Below are positions 24,149 through 36,032 of a stretch of 64,000 nt of DNA, one piece after another. Made by a program: the position numbers and the translations under genes. Origin of the DNA: Azolla caroliniana (lineage: Eukaryota; Plantae; Polypodiophyta); NCBI GenBank assembly GCA_043228905.1, contig JBHGNT010000022.1, positions 1,550,001 through 1,614,000 on the forward strand, written 5' to 3'. Numbering within the stretch: the stretch's first letter is position 1; each line of letters begins with the position of its first letter. The notes beneath the pieces were generated by a model, which was given only the letters and a program-made list of their open reading frames with translations, searched no databases and was not told the origin of the DNA.

Positions 24149-26752
24149 GTTGTTGCCTCTGTTGTAACCGCCGCCTGTGGCGAAGGTCGTGAGCACGAGG
24201 TCGTTGCCTCTGTGAGCTCACTGTTGTAATCATTGTGATATAGTGATAGTTTGGAGTCTGTGGACTTCCGTGGTTTTTCCCTCTCAGGGTTTTCCACGTT
24301 AAACATCCTGCGTATTTTTCTCTCCTTTGTGTCGTGTTTTTCGCTTCCCGTTTTCTGTGTATGATTCTAAGCTCGGTTGTGGCCGAGCGTTGCGTATAGG
24401 GAGCGTGCAATTCCCATCAAGTGGTATTAGAGCGAAACGACACAGAAAATGGATGATTCGTTGGGAGGCATGTTCAAGCTCACCAGCTCCAACTATTCGG
24501 TGTGGAAGTCGAAGATGAGGGACATGCTCGTGGTTAAAAATCTTTGGCTGCCGGTTCAGTTTGGGGACAAGAGACCGGACAAAATCGACGCCACGATATG
24601 GGAGGTGATGCACATGAAGACAACGGCATACATACGGTGCTTCATCGACATGAGCCTATACAACAACTTCAATGAAGAGAGCAAGGCTCATGAGCTCTGG
24701 GAGAAGATCGACATTATGTTTCAAAACAAAAATGCTGTCAATCAGGTTTCGGTATTCCGGAAGCTAGTAAGACTTCGGTACCAAGATGGCTCCAGCATGG
24801 CGGAGCACATGAATGCCTTCTAGGGGTTGATTCACCAGGCAACATCATTGGAAGTACCTCTCGCCGATGAGGTACTAGCACTACTCCTGCTCGGTTCCCT
24901 CCCGGATAGTTGGGAGACGTTGGTTGTCACTTTGGGCAACGCCGGGCCGGAAGGGAAACGGTTATCCCTAGCAAGAGTAAAGTCGAGTTTGCTAGATGAG
25001 GAGGCGCATCGGAAAGATAAAGATACGAGCTCCGACTCCAAAGCGCTCCTTACCGAATCAGAATGCGGAAGACATAGAAACCGTAGTCCCCAGAACCGGG
25101 AGAAGTCGGGGACACGATCAAAGTCAAGGGGAAGGCCTACTTGCTTCTATTGCGGTAAGCCGGGACACTTCCAGAAGAACTGTCAGCATTTCCGGAAAGA
25201 CAAGGAAACCGACGGTATCGATTCGAAGCGGACACCGGACCGAAACGATAAAGACCGGAGGGGGCCGGACCGGAAGGGAACGACGGCAATCGCGGCAAGT
25301 GAAGAAGAGTTGATGCTCATCACCGAGGAGAGTGAGATAAACCTTGTTGGCAACGAGATGACCTGGGTGGTAGACTCCGGAGCATCGTTCCACCTTACCC
25401 CGGACCGGAAATGCTTCTCATCCTACTCAGCCGGTGATCACGGCTGTGTCCGGATGGGGAATGAAGGTACATGCCGAATTGTCAGCATACGAGACGTGTG
25501 GCTGTCAACACCAACCGGATGCAAGTTGTTGCTGAAGGATGTCCGACACGTTCCGGAGGTTCGTCTGAACCTGATATCAGCCGGTTGGCTAGATGATGAA
25601 GGCTACACGGGCAGCATCCGGAACGGTGTCATGAAGTTCAACATAGGGAGCCTGATTGTGGCTCTGGCCCGGAAGGTCAACACACTGTACCTGATGAATG
25701 CCCGGTTATGTCCGAAAGAAGTGAACGTGGCATCCGACACTGCCAGTGAGCTGTGGCACAAGAGGCTGTGTCATATGAGTGAGAAGGGGATGAAGAGACT
25801 TGCAGACGACAACCTCATTCCAGTGAAGAACGTGCACTTGGAGAAGTGCACTGATTGTCTGGCCGGTAAGGAAAACCGGACCTCCTTCCGACCAAGGCCA
25901 CCGATGAGACGTAATGCACCACTGGAGTTGGTGCATACGGATGTGTGTCAAGTAGACACGAAGTCACATGCCGGAGCGCAGTACTTCGTGACGTTCATAG
26001 ATGACCACAGCCGGAAGCTGTGGGCCACATCGTTGAAGATGAAGGATCAGGTGCTATCCGTCTTCAAAGAGCTCCACGCGAGAGTGGAAAGAGAAACCGG
26101 CCGGAAGCTGAAGGCGGTTTGAGCAGATAACGGAGGAGAATACCGGGGCAGTTCGATGAGTACTGCCGCTCGAAGGGAATCCGGCTCGAATTTACCGTGC
26201 CGAAGACGCCGGAACTAAACGGACTGGCCAAGAGGATTAACCGGACCATAATGGAGAGGGTCCGGAGTATGCTGTTAAGAGTCTATTACTAATCAATAGA
26301 CCAAATCAAGTAAAAAGGAAGAAAATAGATTGGATAGAAGAACCCGTTCCACCCGACCACCCCCGAGCTATGATCTAGACATAGCCAACCTACCACCGAC
26401 GTCCCATACCGCCGGATATTAGGATGACTAATACCTTGGAAGAGATAAACACGATCGTCGAGACGAAAGCCTAGCCCGCACCACCGGTGTCTACGACAGC
26501 AGCCTTCCGACGTGATGATCCTATGAGGGTAGCTAAGCCTCATCTTTATACCTTTTCCTAGGCCCCTTGAATAGATGTGCCTTTCTAAAAGGCTCTCTAT
26601 TCATTGGTTGTCTAAATCATGATAGTGCATGCACATATCATTCATTCTATCCAATCATTAGTCCCCTTTTTAATAATAGTGAACATACCCTTCACTAATG
26701 TAAATATTAGTGACCTACCCTCACCAACGTTATGTGTACATAACATACTCCC

Positions 26753-29700
26753 CTACTTCAAAAGATTGCACTCTTGCAATATAAAGTGAGGAAATTGTGC
26801 CTTAAGCGAATGCTCGCGTTCCCATGTGGCATCATCAATAGGTTTATCCATCCATTTGATCTTGAATAGCCGAATCTCTTTAGAACGTAAACGTTTAGTA
26901 CGAGAATCAAGAATTCGTTCAGGAACATGAGGTTTGTAAGAAAAATCCTCTAATGTTACAAGATCTTGGATTGTGATGGTGTTATCACCAGAGCCTAAAA
27001 ATGGTTTTAGACGACTGACGTGAAAAACAGGATGAATACCAACGTTACGAGGTAAGGCAAGGTGATAAGCAGATGACCCAACTCGCTTAAGGATTTCAAA
27101 TGGGCCACAATATCGTGGGGCTAACTTAGCGCACTTGCCCGTAGATAATGACGTAGAATCAGTCGGGACACGCAAAAAAACTTTTTGACCAATAGTAAAT
27201 GCACGAGGACGTCTATCCTGATCAGCATAAAATCGAGCACGATCTTGAGCTGTCTTGACATTTTCTTTGGCAATATGCAACATTTGGTTCATGTCTTGCA
27301 AAAAATTGCGTGTACTGTCTAATGTATCACGATGAATCGTGACATCAACTGGGGCACGTGGCTGAAAACCATACATCAACATAAAAGGACTATATCCAGT
27401 GGATGTATGTTTAGAGCTATTATAGGCAAATTCTAAGATAGGAAGGTATTGCTCCCACTTAGAAGGGGTTTTTGCTACATAAGCTCGAAGCATGTCCTCA
27501 ATAATTTGATTAACTCGTTCAGTTTGTCCATCAGACTGAGGATGATCTGCGGAACTCATGCTCAACGTAGTTTCGAGTTTCTTAAAGACCTGAGTCCAAA
27601 AGTCACTAGTAAACTTGGAATCTCGATCACTAACAATATCCATCGGTAATCCATAAAAACGAAATAACTCATCAACAAATTGATAAGCCAACTGTTGAGC
27701 GGTTACCGTGGTTTTTGTAGGAATAAATCTAGCTAATTTTGTTAGCCTGTCAACGACAACCCATATGGCATCATGACCCCTCTGTGTACGAGGTAAACTA
27801 ACAATAAAATCCATCGAGATACTTTCCCATTTATTGTTGGGAATATCTAAGGGATGTAAAAGACCAGCAGCTTTAAGTCGTTCCGACTTATTAATCTGAC
27901 ATTGTAAGCATTGAGTTACGTATTTATGCACGTCAGAGCGCATCTTAGGCCAGAAAAAAGTACACGAGATGAGAACGAGTGTGCGTTGTATTCCAGGATG
28001 ACCAGCAGATGGTGCATCATGACATTCATGAAAAATTTTCTGTTTAACATTTGGTAAATCTGGAACACAGACCTTTCCACTACGGTAGAGCAAACCGTTT
28101 GTAATGTGAAAGGTCGCCTTCGAGGGTAGGGTGCTAGTATCGGCATCTAAACCAGATTCGGCTTTCGTCCAGTATTTTGAGAAATAACTGTCATCAAGGT
28201 ATTTCCCTCGAAGGTGATCTAAAAGATCAGATTTTATTTCCGTGAAGCTAAGCATGTTAACTTCTTTAATGCGACTAAGAGCATCAGCAACGGTGTTCAT
28301 AGAACCCTTGCGATATCGTATGGAAAAATCAAAATCTTGCATAAGGTCAGCCCAACGGCCTTTACGACCAACAAGATCGGGCTGGTCACAAAAATACTTT
28401 AATGATTGATGGTCTGTTGTAACCACAAATTTATTTCCATAGAGATAGTGCCTCCATGTTTTAAGTGCGTGTATCACCGCAAACAACTCTTTCTCTTGAA
28501 CCGAATACCGAGATTGAGCAGCATCAAGCTTCTTACTTTCAAAAGCAATAGGGTGACCACCTTGATAAAGAACGGCACCAATAGCATAATCACTAGCATC
28601 GGTTTCAATTGAGAAAGGCTTAGAAGGGTCTGGTAATAGAAGAGTGGGAGCCTGACACACATGCTCCTTGAGTGTCTCAAATGATTTGTCAAGTTGTTCA
28701 TTCCATGAAATTGGTTTGACAGACTTACGTGGATGACCTTTTAAAAGGTCAGTTAATGGCGTAGTCAATTTGGAATAGTTACGAATTGATTTTTGTAAAA
28801 ATCCCACAAACCCTAAGAATGATCTAAGTTCACGAATATTACGAGGAATGGGCCAAAGTTTAACCTTTTCAATACGAGAAGGTTCAATTTCAACGCCATT
28901 TTCTGTAATTAAATGACCTAGGTACACAATAGATTTTTGGAAGAAGTCACATTTTGAATGTTTTGCATAGAAAGAGTTGTCACGCAACTTTCGCAAAACA
29001 AATCGAACATGTTGAACATGATCTTGCAAGGTACGGCTATATATCAAAATATCATCCAAGAAGACGACAACAAAATCACCGAGTTGATCTCGGAAAATAT
29101 CATTCATCGCTTGTTGGAATGTGGCTGGAGCATTAGTCAACCCAAACGGCATGACTAAAAACTCATAATGGCCATAGCGCGTACGAAAAGCGGTTTTAGG
29201 AATATCATCCTCGGCGATGCGAATCTGATGATAACCAGTTCGTAAGTCAATTTTCGTAAAATATCGAGCCCTGTGCAAACGATCAATCAAATCATCGGCA
29301 CGAGGTAATGGATATGCATTCTTAATTGTCATTTTATTCAAACGGCGATAATTGATACACATTCGCCACGAACCTTCCTTCTTCTTGACTAATAGAACTG
29401 GCGCACCCCAAGGTGATTTACTATACCTAATGTGGCCCATACTCAAGTATTCCTTAAGTTGTTTAGCGATCTCATCCTCTTCTAATCGACTAAGTCGGTA
29501 AGGTGGAATGCTCACAGGAGCAGCCCCAGGGATGAGTTCAATTTGATGGTCCACATTACGTTTAGGTGGTAAAGTAAGCGGTAATTCAGTAGGAAACACA
29601 TCTTGAAAATCCTCTAAAATAGAGTCGAGTAATCGTTGCTCAAAATGTGGTAATTGTGTGGCGTCAATATTAAAATAATAAAATTGAACCGCAGGATCAA

Positions 29701-31156
29701 TTACACACGAATAAATTAATGAACTAGAATACTCACTTAAAGATTTAGAAGACACAAGTGAATGAGAAGGAAGTTTGGAACATTGAATAAAATGTTTACA
29801 ATTATTAAGTTCAAATGTGATTGAGTGATTAACCCAATCAATGGACAAAGAAGGGTTTTTATTAAAAAACCAAGGATATCCTAAAATGACATCTGCGGAT
29901 TGTAATTTCATAACATGAAAGTCAAGCTTCTCCAAATAAGTATCTATTTGAATTGGCAGTTGACAAACAATGCCACTGATGTATTGAACGTTTCCATTTG
30001 CCATGTGAACTTGATAGATATGATCACTTGCGTTTATGTGGAGCTCCATTTGCTGCACAAAGTGATCATTAAGAAAATTGTGAGAACTACCGGAATCAAA
30101 CAAGAAATGTGCTTGTGTTCCATTGATATATCCGACTGCTCGGAGTAAATCATTAGGTCCAAGTAAATGTGAAGGAAAAGTGCATTCACATAAACTTAAG
30201 TGATTGGTATGAACTTCAACAATATCAAAAGACTCACCTGTGTGACTCGTAGATTTGTCTTGAGGAGGGGTGTTCATTGACTTCCTCTCAAGACGACGAC
30301 AGGTATCCTTTGTGTGGCCCCGCTTCTTGCAATATGCACAGAAGAGGTTCGGTTTCTTTGAGTCGCGGTCAAGAGTGTCACTGGATTGCTTACGTTTCCC
30401 AATGAACTTGACATTCAGAGTTTTGGTGAACTCAGGTTTATTGTGGTCTTTCTTGGAAGTCCTATGGTATCGCAACACAATGTTGACGGCTTCCTCGAAA
30501 GTTGTGGGGTCCTTGTCATGGACAATCCAATGATAATCCCCATTGGGAATACCATTAAAAAAACAAGCGACAAACCATTTCTCACCCGTAAGTCCCGATT
30601 TTTGGATCTGGGTCCGTGCGTGATGCACATAATCCTCGAGAGAGGTAAATGGCTTACTAGACAATGTGAGCAAGTGTTGCGCTTGTTCGGTTTGAGAAGG
30701 TGGCTGCAAGAATTGTTTCTTAAAAACATCAACGAAACCTTCCCAAGTTGTGGGTAAGTTTTTTGCGGTCCTTAGGCCACGCCACCAAGCAGCAGCTCGG
30801 CCACCTAACTCACGACCGACATAACCAATTTTTACTGCATCGGGCTTGGGATGAAGCTCAAAGTGAGACTCCCAACGACCAAGCCAAGTGCTAATGGCCT
30901 CCTCGGTTCTTTCTTTCTTATCTCCCTTGAAAGGCGTGACTACGAAGGAAGGTTCACCTTCTTTCTTGGACTCAATAGTTAATTCTTGGAATTTTTTTTC
31001 CAATGCCATATTGGCCTGTCTCATTTCGGCCAATTGATTCAAGGTAGTAGTGAGCAATTGCTCAATAGTGATCTCAGCTGGTGTGCGAGATGCGGATTGG
31101 GGTTGAGAGGTCTCATTTGGAGAGATCGTTCCAACTGCGTTCAAAACTTGTTCCAT
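26753..31156 (-). CDS. Gag-Pol polyprotein of chromovirus F (gag, CCHC, PR, RT, RNase H, integrase, chromodomain), 1467 aa
   Basis: CAYCKKRGHTKDTC, LFDSGSSHNF, MPFGLTNAP, FLDD, ETDASDYAIG, GHPG/SMDF/SDRD/DGQTE, GPF motif, and a C-terminal chromodomain PERILDSR...IKW...DATWE. Confidence 0.95.
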   Translation of the reverse strand: MEQVLNAVGTISPNETSQPQSASRTPAEITIEQLLTTTLNQLAEMRQANMALEKKFQELTIESKKEGEPSFVVTPFKGDKKERTEEAISTWLGRWESHFELHPKPDAVKIGYVGRELGGRAAAWWRGLRTAKNLPTTWEGFVDVFKKQFLQPPSQTEQAQHLLTLSSKPFTSLEDYVHHARTQIQKSGLTGEKWFVACFFNGIPNGDYHWIVHDKDPTTFEEAVNIVLRYHRTSKKDHNKPEFTKTLNVKFIGKRKQSSDTLDRDSKKPNLFCAYCKKRGHTKDTCRRLERKSMNTPPQDKSTSHTGESFDIVEVHTNHLSLCECTFPSHLLGPNDLLRAVGYINGTQAHFLFDSGSSHNFLNDHFVQQMELHINASDHIYQVHMANGNVQYISGIVCQLPIQIDTYLEKLDFHVMKLQSADVILGYPWFFNKNPSLSIDWVNHSITFELNNCKHFIQCSKLPSHSLVSSKSLSEYSSSLIYSCVIDPAVQFYYFNIDATQLPHFEQRLLDSILEDFQDVFPTELPLTLPPKRNVDHQIELIPGAAPVSIPPYRLSRLEEDEIAKQLKEYLSMGHIRYSKSPWGAPVLLVKKKEGSWRMCINYRRLNKMTIKNAYPLPRADDLIDRLHRARYFTKIDLRTGYHQIRIAEDDIPKTAFRTRYGHYEFLVMPFGLTNAPATFQQAMNDIFRDQLGDFVVVFLDDILIYSRTLQDHVQHVRFVLRKLRDNSFYAKHSKCDFFQKSIVYLGHLITENGVEIEPSRIEKVKLWPIPRNIRELRSFLGFVGFLQKSIRNYSKLTTPLTDLLKGHPRKSVKPISWNEQLDKSFETLKEHVCQAPTLLLPDPSKPFSIETDASDYAIGAVLYQGGHPIAFESKKLDAAQSRYSVQEKELFAVIHALKTWRHYLYGNKFVVTTDHQSLKYFCDQPDLVGRKGRWADLMQDFDFSIRYRKGSMNTVADALSRIKEVNMLSFTEIKSDLLDHLRGKYLDDSYFSKYWTKAESGLDADTSTLPSKATFHITNGLLYRSGKVCVPDLPNVKQKIFHECHDAPSAGHPGIQRTLVLISCTFFWPKMRSDVHKYVTQCLQCQINKSERLKAAGLLHPLDIPNNKWESISMDFIVSLPRTQRGHDAIWVVVDRLTKLARFIPTKTTVTAQQLAYQFVDELFRFYGLPMDIVSDRDSKFTSDFWTQVFKKLETTLSMSSADHPQSDGQTERVNQIIEDMLRAYVAKTPSKWEQYLPILEFAYNSSKHTSTGYSPFMLMYGFQPRAPVDVTIHRDTLDSTRNFLQDMNQMLHIAKENVKTAQDRARFYADQDRRPRAFTIGQKVFLRVPTDSTSLSTGKCAKLAPRYCGPFEILKRVGSSAYHLALPRNVGIHPVFHVSRLKPFLGSGDNTITIQDLVTLEDFSYKPHVPERILDSRTKRLRSKEIRLFKIKWMDKPIDDATWEREHSLKAQFPHFILQECNLLK

Positions 31157-32167
31157 GATGCACGCTGTGGGTATGCAATAAAATAAGGAGGTTCAGAAAA
31201 TACACAAGCAAAATGAATGCTTGAAATTTTGATTGAAAGAACTTTATCCAAGAAAGTATCTCATGTCTTTACCCCTCTAGACATATGAGATGTGATTCGA
31301 GATCCGATAACTATGGTAACACTATGGTGTTTTAAAAACCATGGGGGAAAACATAGCTAAGATGTATTTCTCAGATCTCTATCTTGAGTAATCATGGCGG
31401 CTCCCTGAGGCTCAACCATGGTTCTTACATCAATGAAATTTCCTAGATAGCCTTATATTAATGCCAACCCATCATGTATTATATGGTCGAGAAAGTGTAT
31501 TACGCGAAAAAACAAGTGCACTCACAAGTAATATTCTAGTCTTGCGAGCAATAAGCAAACGTGATGATAAAATGATAAAATAAGGCACTACTCATAAGAG
31601 TTAAGTAGTGACGAAAACAAGGGTAAAAAAAAAAAGAAAAAAAGAACCCATGTGTTACCTACGAAAAAAACAATGTCACAAATAAATGGGAAGTGCAAGG
31701 TATGCACATATACATCCCAATATGATTGTTATAACTTGCACAATTGTGACATAAGCCACAAATTGATACAAGTGATGACGGTGTTGTGCGCAAAGATGTA
31801 ATACTCAAATCCATGAGTAAAACATCAATAAGGGAACTCATATGGTTTTACTCGTTTTCTAAGGCTTGATGATAAGAGTTAAACCTAGATGACCCGTTGA
31901 AAAAAAAATCGTTCAACAAGCCACTCCATACGAAAAAATAGTCTACACGTAAAGGTTACATTAAAAATAAACGATGTAAATACTTTATACATGAAAAGGA
32001 AGTGGAAAAAGGAGAGTTAATTGTGGGCGGGTAAATAATTGTGGGCGGGTAAATAATAATTACTAGAAAATCATATAAGTGAAACAATACTTATGAAATT
32101 AAAATTTAATTAGAATAATCAACAATTAGGTGTATGGAATCAAACATGCCCTAAGATACGAAACCCT

Positions 32168-32505
32168 AGGGTAGTTGACATGCACCTCCTCAAGACCACC
32201 ACATATCCCTAGAATCGGCCAAGTAATGGCTAATTAAAGAGGAAAGTGGCATAGGTAAGTGACATATACCTCGTCAAGGCCACATCATCCCTTAGAATCG
32301 GCCAATTGATGGCTAATTAAAAAGGAAAGTGGCATATGTAAGCTACATATACCTTGTCAAGGCCACAACATCCCATAGAATCGGCCAATTGATGGCTTAA
32401 TAGAGAGTAGAGTGGCATAGGTAGGCAACATACACCTCGTCAAGGCCACATCATCCCTTAGAATCGGCCAAGTGATGGCTCAATAGAGGGGAAGAGTGGT
32501 ATACT
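32168..32505. repeat. ~83-bp tandem repeat (~4 copies) in the 5' leader of chromovirus F
   Basis: GTGGCATA/GTGGTATA unit anchors at 32246, 32329, 32412 and 32496, with a shared CCTCGTCAAGGCCAC...TAGAATCGGCCAA core. Confidence 0.88.
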
Positions 32506-35500
32506 CAACATCATATGCAAAACGGCCATGAGATAAGCGTGTGCGATTAGAGCAAACACGCTCGACCCAATGCACAAGAATAATTATTATCGTAAGAGTT
32601 CAAGAGAGGAGAGAGTGGGATATATATCGCAATATGCAAAAGGCCATGAGTTGAGCGTGTGCGATTAGTGCAAACACGCTCGGCCCGATGCATAATAATA
32701 AGTAAAATCGTAGCGTAGTAGGAGGTAGAAAGAAAGAGAATAAAACGTAATACCAATTTGATTCGACCATAAAGAACGCATAATAGAAAAAGAGAAGAGA
32801 TCAAAAAAGAAGAATACCGGGTTTAGAGTGTTGTTTTGATCCTGAGAAGAGCATGACGAGCCTTGTTAGATCCCCCTCGCTCACACGCAAAAAACATCAA
32901 AACAACAAAAAAATTGTTAGTAAAAGCTCTGATACCACTGTTAAGAGTCTATTACTAATCAATAGACCAAATCAAGTAAAAAGGAAGAAAATAGATTGGA
33001 TAGAAGAACCCGTTCCACCCGACCACCCCCGAGCTATGATCTAGACATAGCCAACCTACCACCGACGTCCCATACCGCCGGATATTAGGATGACTAATAC
33101 CTTGGAAGAGATAAACACGATCGTCGAGACGAAAGCCTAGCCCGCACCACCGGTGTCTACGACAGCAGCCTTCCGACGTGATGATCCTATGAGGGTAGCT
33201 AAGCCTCATCTTTATACCTTTTCCTAGGCCCCTTGAATAGATGTGCCTTTCTAAAAGGCTCTCTATTCATTGGTTGTCTAAATCATGATAGTGCATGCAC
33301 ATATCATTCATTCTATCCAATCATTAGTCCCCTTTTTAATAATAGTGAACATACCCTTCACTAATGTAAATATTAGTGACCTACCCTCACCAACGTTATG
33401 TGTACATAACATATGCTAGCGCATGCAAAACTACCCAAGAAGTTTTGGGCTGAGGCATTGTCGACGGCGACATATGTGATAAATAGATCACCCTCAGTAC
33501 CCTTGGACGGAGACACGCCACAGAGAGTATGGACCGGTAAGGAAGTATCCTACCGGCATCTGAAGGTGTTCGGGTGTCTCGCGTACGCGCATTTAGCTAA
33601 GGACCGGAGAGGAAAGTTAGATCCAAAGACCCGGCCATGCATATTCCTCGGTTACGGTGACGATGAGTTCGGCTACCGAGTGTGGGACCTGGTCGACAAG
33701 AAGGTATTCCGGAGTCGAGATATTATCTTCATGGAGGACAAGACGCTCGCCGACTGGGAGTCGGAGAAGAAGATAATGAACTCCGAGTCGACCGGTAAGG
33801 ATCGACTCTACGATGAGCAGACCCAACCGGCAAGAGACCGGTTAGCACTCGAGGGACCAGCCAGTTACGGTGAGGATACCGAACAGGCTGAAGAAGAAGT
33901 AGAGGAAGCTGAAACCGGAACCGGCCGAGACCCCGAATCAGATTCGGATGAAGAGCAAATGGAGGAGCCGGTTACCGAAGCCCGAAGATGGAGATATCCT
34001 CTCAGAGAGAGAAGGGCGCCCCGTAGATTTCCGGATGTAGAGCATGTTCTGCTGACCGATGAGGGGGAGCCGGAAAGCTTCGAAGAAGCGAAGGATGACA
34101 CCCACAACCGCAAATGGTTAAGTGCCATGCAGGATGAGATGGATTCCCTGCATGAGAACCATATGTACGAATTGGTGGAGTTGCCGAAAGGAAAGCGGGC
34201 ACTCCGAAACAAGTGGGTGTACAAGTTGAAACCGGGAGATGCCGGCAACCCCCCGAGATACAAAGCCAGGATCGTGGTGAAGGGGTTCCAGCAGAAAAAG
34301 GGGGTGGACTTTGACGAGATATTTGCCCCGGTAGTAAAGATGACCTCCATCCGGACGGTGCTGAGTATAGCGGCAAGCATGGACCTCGAGGTAGAACAGC
34401 TGGACGTGAAGACGACATTCCTTCACGGCAATCTCGAAGAGGAGATCTACATGCAACAACCGGAGGGATTTGTGGAGAAAGGGAAGGAGCACCTGGTATG
34501 CCGGCTGAAGAAGAGCCTGTACGGACTAAAGCAGGCTCCCCGACAATGGTACCGGAAGTTCGATTCCTTCATGACCGATCAAGGGTACCACAAGACGCAG
34601 ACCGATCACTGCGTGTTTGTGAAGAAGTTCGAAGGAGGCGACTTCCTGATACTCCTTCTGTACGTGGACGACATATTGATTGTCGGACGGGACCAAGCCA
34701 AAATACGGATGCTGAAGAAGGCTCTCAACCGAACCTTCTCAATGAAAGACTTGGGTCCGGCAAGACAGATGCTGGGGATGCATATTATTCGAAACTGGTC
34801 AATGTAGCAATTATGGCTGTCACAGGAGAAGTACGTGACAAAGGTGCTTCAGCGGTTCAACATGTTAGATGCGAAACCGGTCGGATTGACACTTCCGGCA
34901 AACTGCAGGCTATCCGGTAAGCAAAGCCCGAAGACGAAAGCAGAGAAGGCGGATATGATGAAGATTCCATATGCCTCTGCCGTCGGGAGCTTGATGTACG
35001 CAATGGTGTGTACCCGACCGGATATAGGATACGCAGTCGGAGTGGTGAGCCGGTTTATGAGCAATCCCGGCAAGGAGCACTGGAACGCGGTCAAATGGAT
35101 ACTCCGGTAATTGAAGGGCACTTTGCATATGTGTCTCCGATTCAGCTCTGGAAAACCTCAACTTGATGGTTTTACCGATTCAGACATGTCAGTTGATGTG
35201 GATACCAACCGGTCTACGTCCGGGTATGTAATGACATATGTAGGGGGAGCTGTTTCGTGGCAGTCGAGGTTGCAGAAGATGGTTGCGTTGTCAACCACAG
35301 AAGCGGAGTACATGGCGGCTGTGGAAGCCGGCAAGGAAATATTATGAATGAAGGACTTCATCGGAGAGCTCAGTATCCGGCAAGATGAATACCGGCTCTA
35401 TTGCGACATTCAAAGTGCCATCCACCTTGCTAAGAATGCGGCCTACCATTCCCGGACGAAGCATATCCAGCGAAGGTATCACTGGATCTGGGAAAGAGTA

Positions 35501-36000
35501 GATGACCAGGAGTTCGCGCTGACGAAGATCCACACGGCCGAGAACGGGTCAGATATGCTGACCAAAGTGTTGATACCCGACAAGCTGGATGCATGCCGGA
35601 AGCGGATTAGACTAGTAAGACACCCCATGCCGGAGTGAAGGGGGAGTTTGTTGGGAGACAGGTCCCTCCGGATGGGAAGAGAGAAGAACAGTGCCGATGA
35701 ACAAACTCGACCGAGGCCGAAACCGGATGAGGAGTACCCGGCTACGGAGAGCCGGATGGCGCAGACCCGGTGAGAACCGGATGAGGAGTACCCGGCTACG
35801 GAGAGCCGGATGGTGCAGACCCGGTGAGGAATGCTCATCGGATGAAGAGACATATTCGTAAATATGTTTCTGAGAGTCCATCGAGGCTATATTTGTAAAT
35901 AGCCGAAAAGTCATATTACTATAAATATGACTTAGGGAAAACTTTTACTAACTGTTGTTGTTATTCTTGTTGGTGTAAGAAGAGAGAGCGCATAACTGTG

Positions 36001-36032
<32 letters not shown>

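Larger units (their letters stand above)
26273..33411 (-). mobile_element. Chromovirus-type Ty3/gypsy F, intact
   Basis: 473-bp LTRs 26273-26745 and 32939-33411 (TGTTA...TAACA), identical by eye; TSD TATGC at 26268-26272 and 33412-33416; Met-type PBS TGGTATCAGAGC at ~32926-32937; PPT GAAGTAGGGGAG beside the 3' LTR. Confidence 0.96.
24449..35638 (+). pseudogene. Copia A gag-PR-INT-RT-RNase H polyprotein, disrupted
   Basis: CCHC knuckle CFYCGKPGHFQKNC, PR WVVDSGAS, INT HKRLCH/ELVHTDVC, RT YVDD, RNase H. In-frame stops at 24821, 26120, 34805, 35108 and 35345, a frameshift near 26145, and the F insertion at 26273-33411. Confidence 0.92.
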
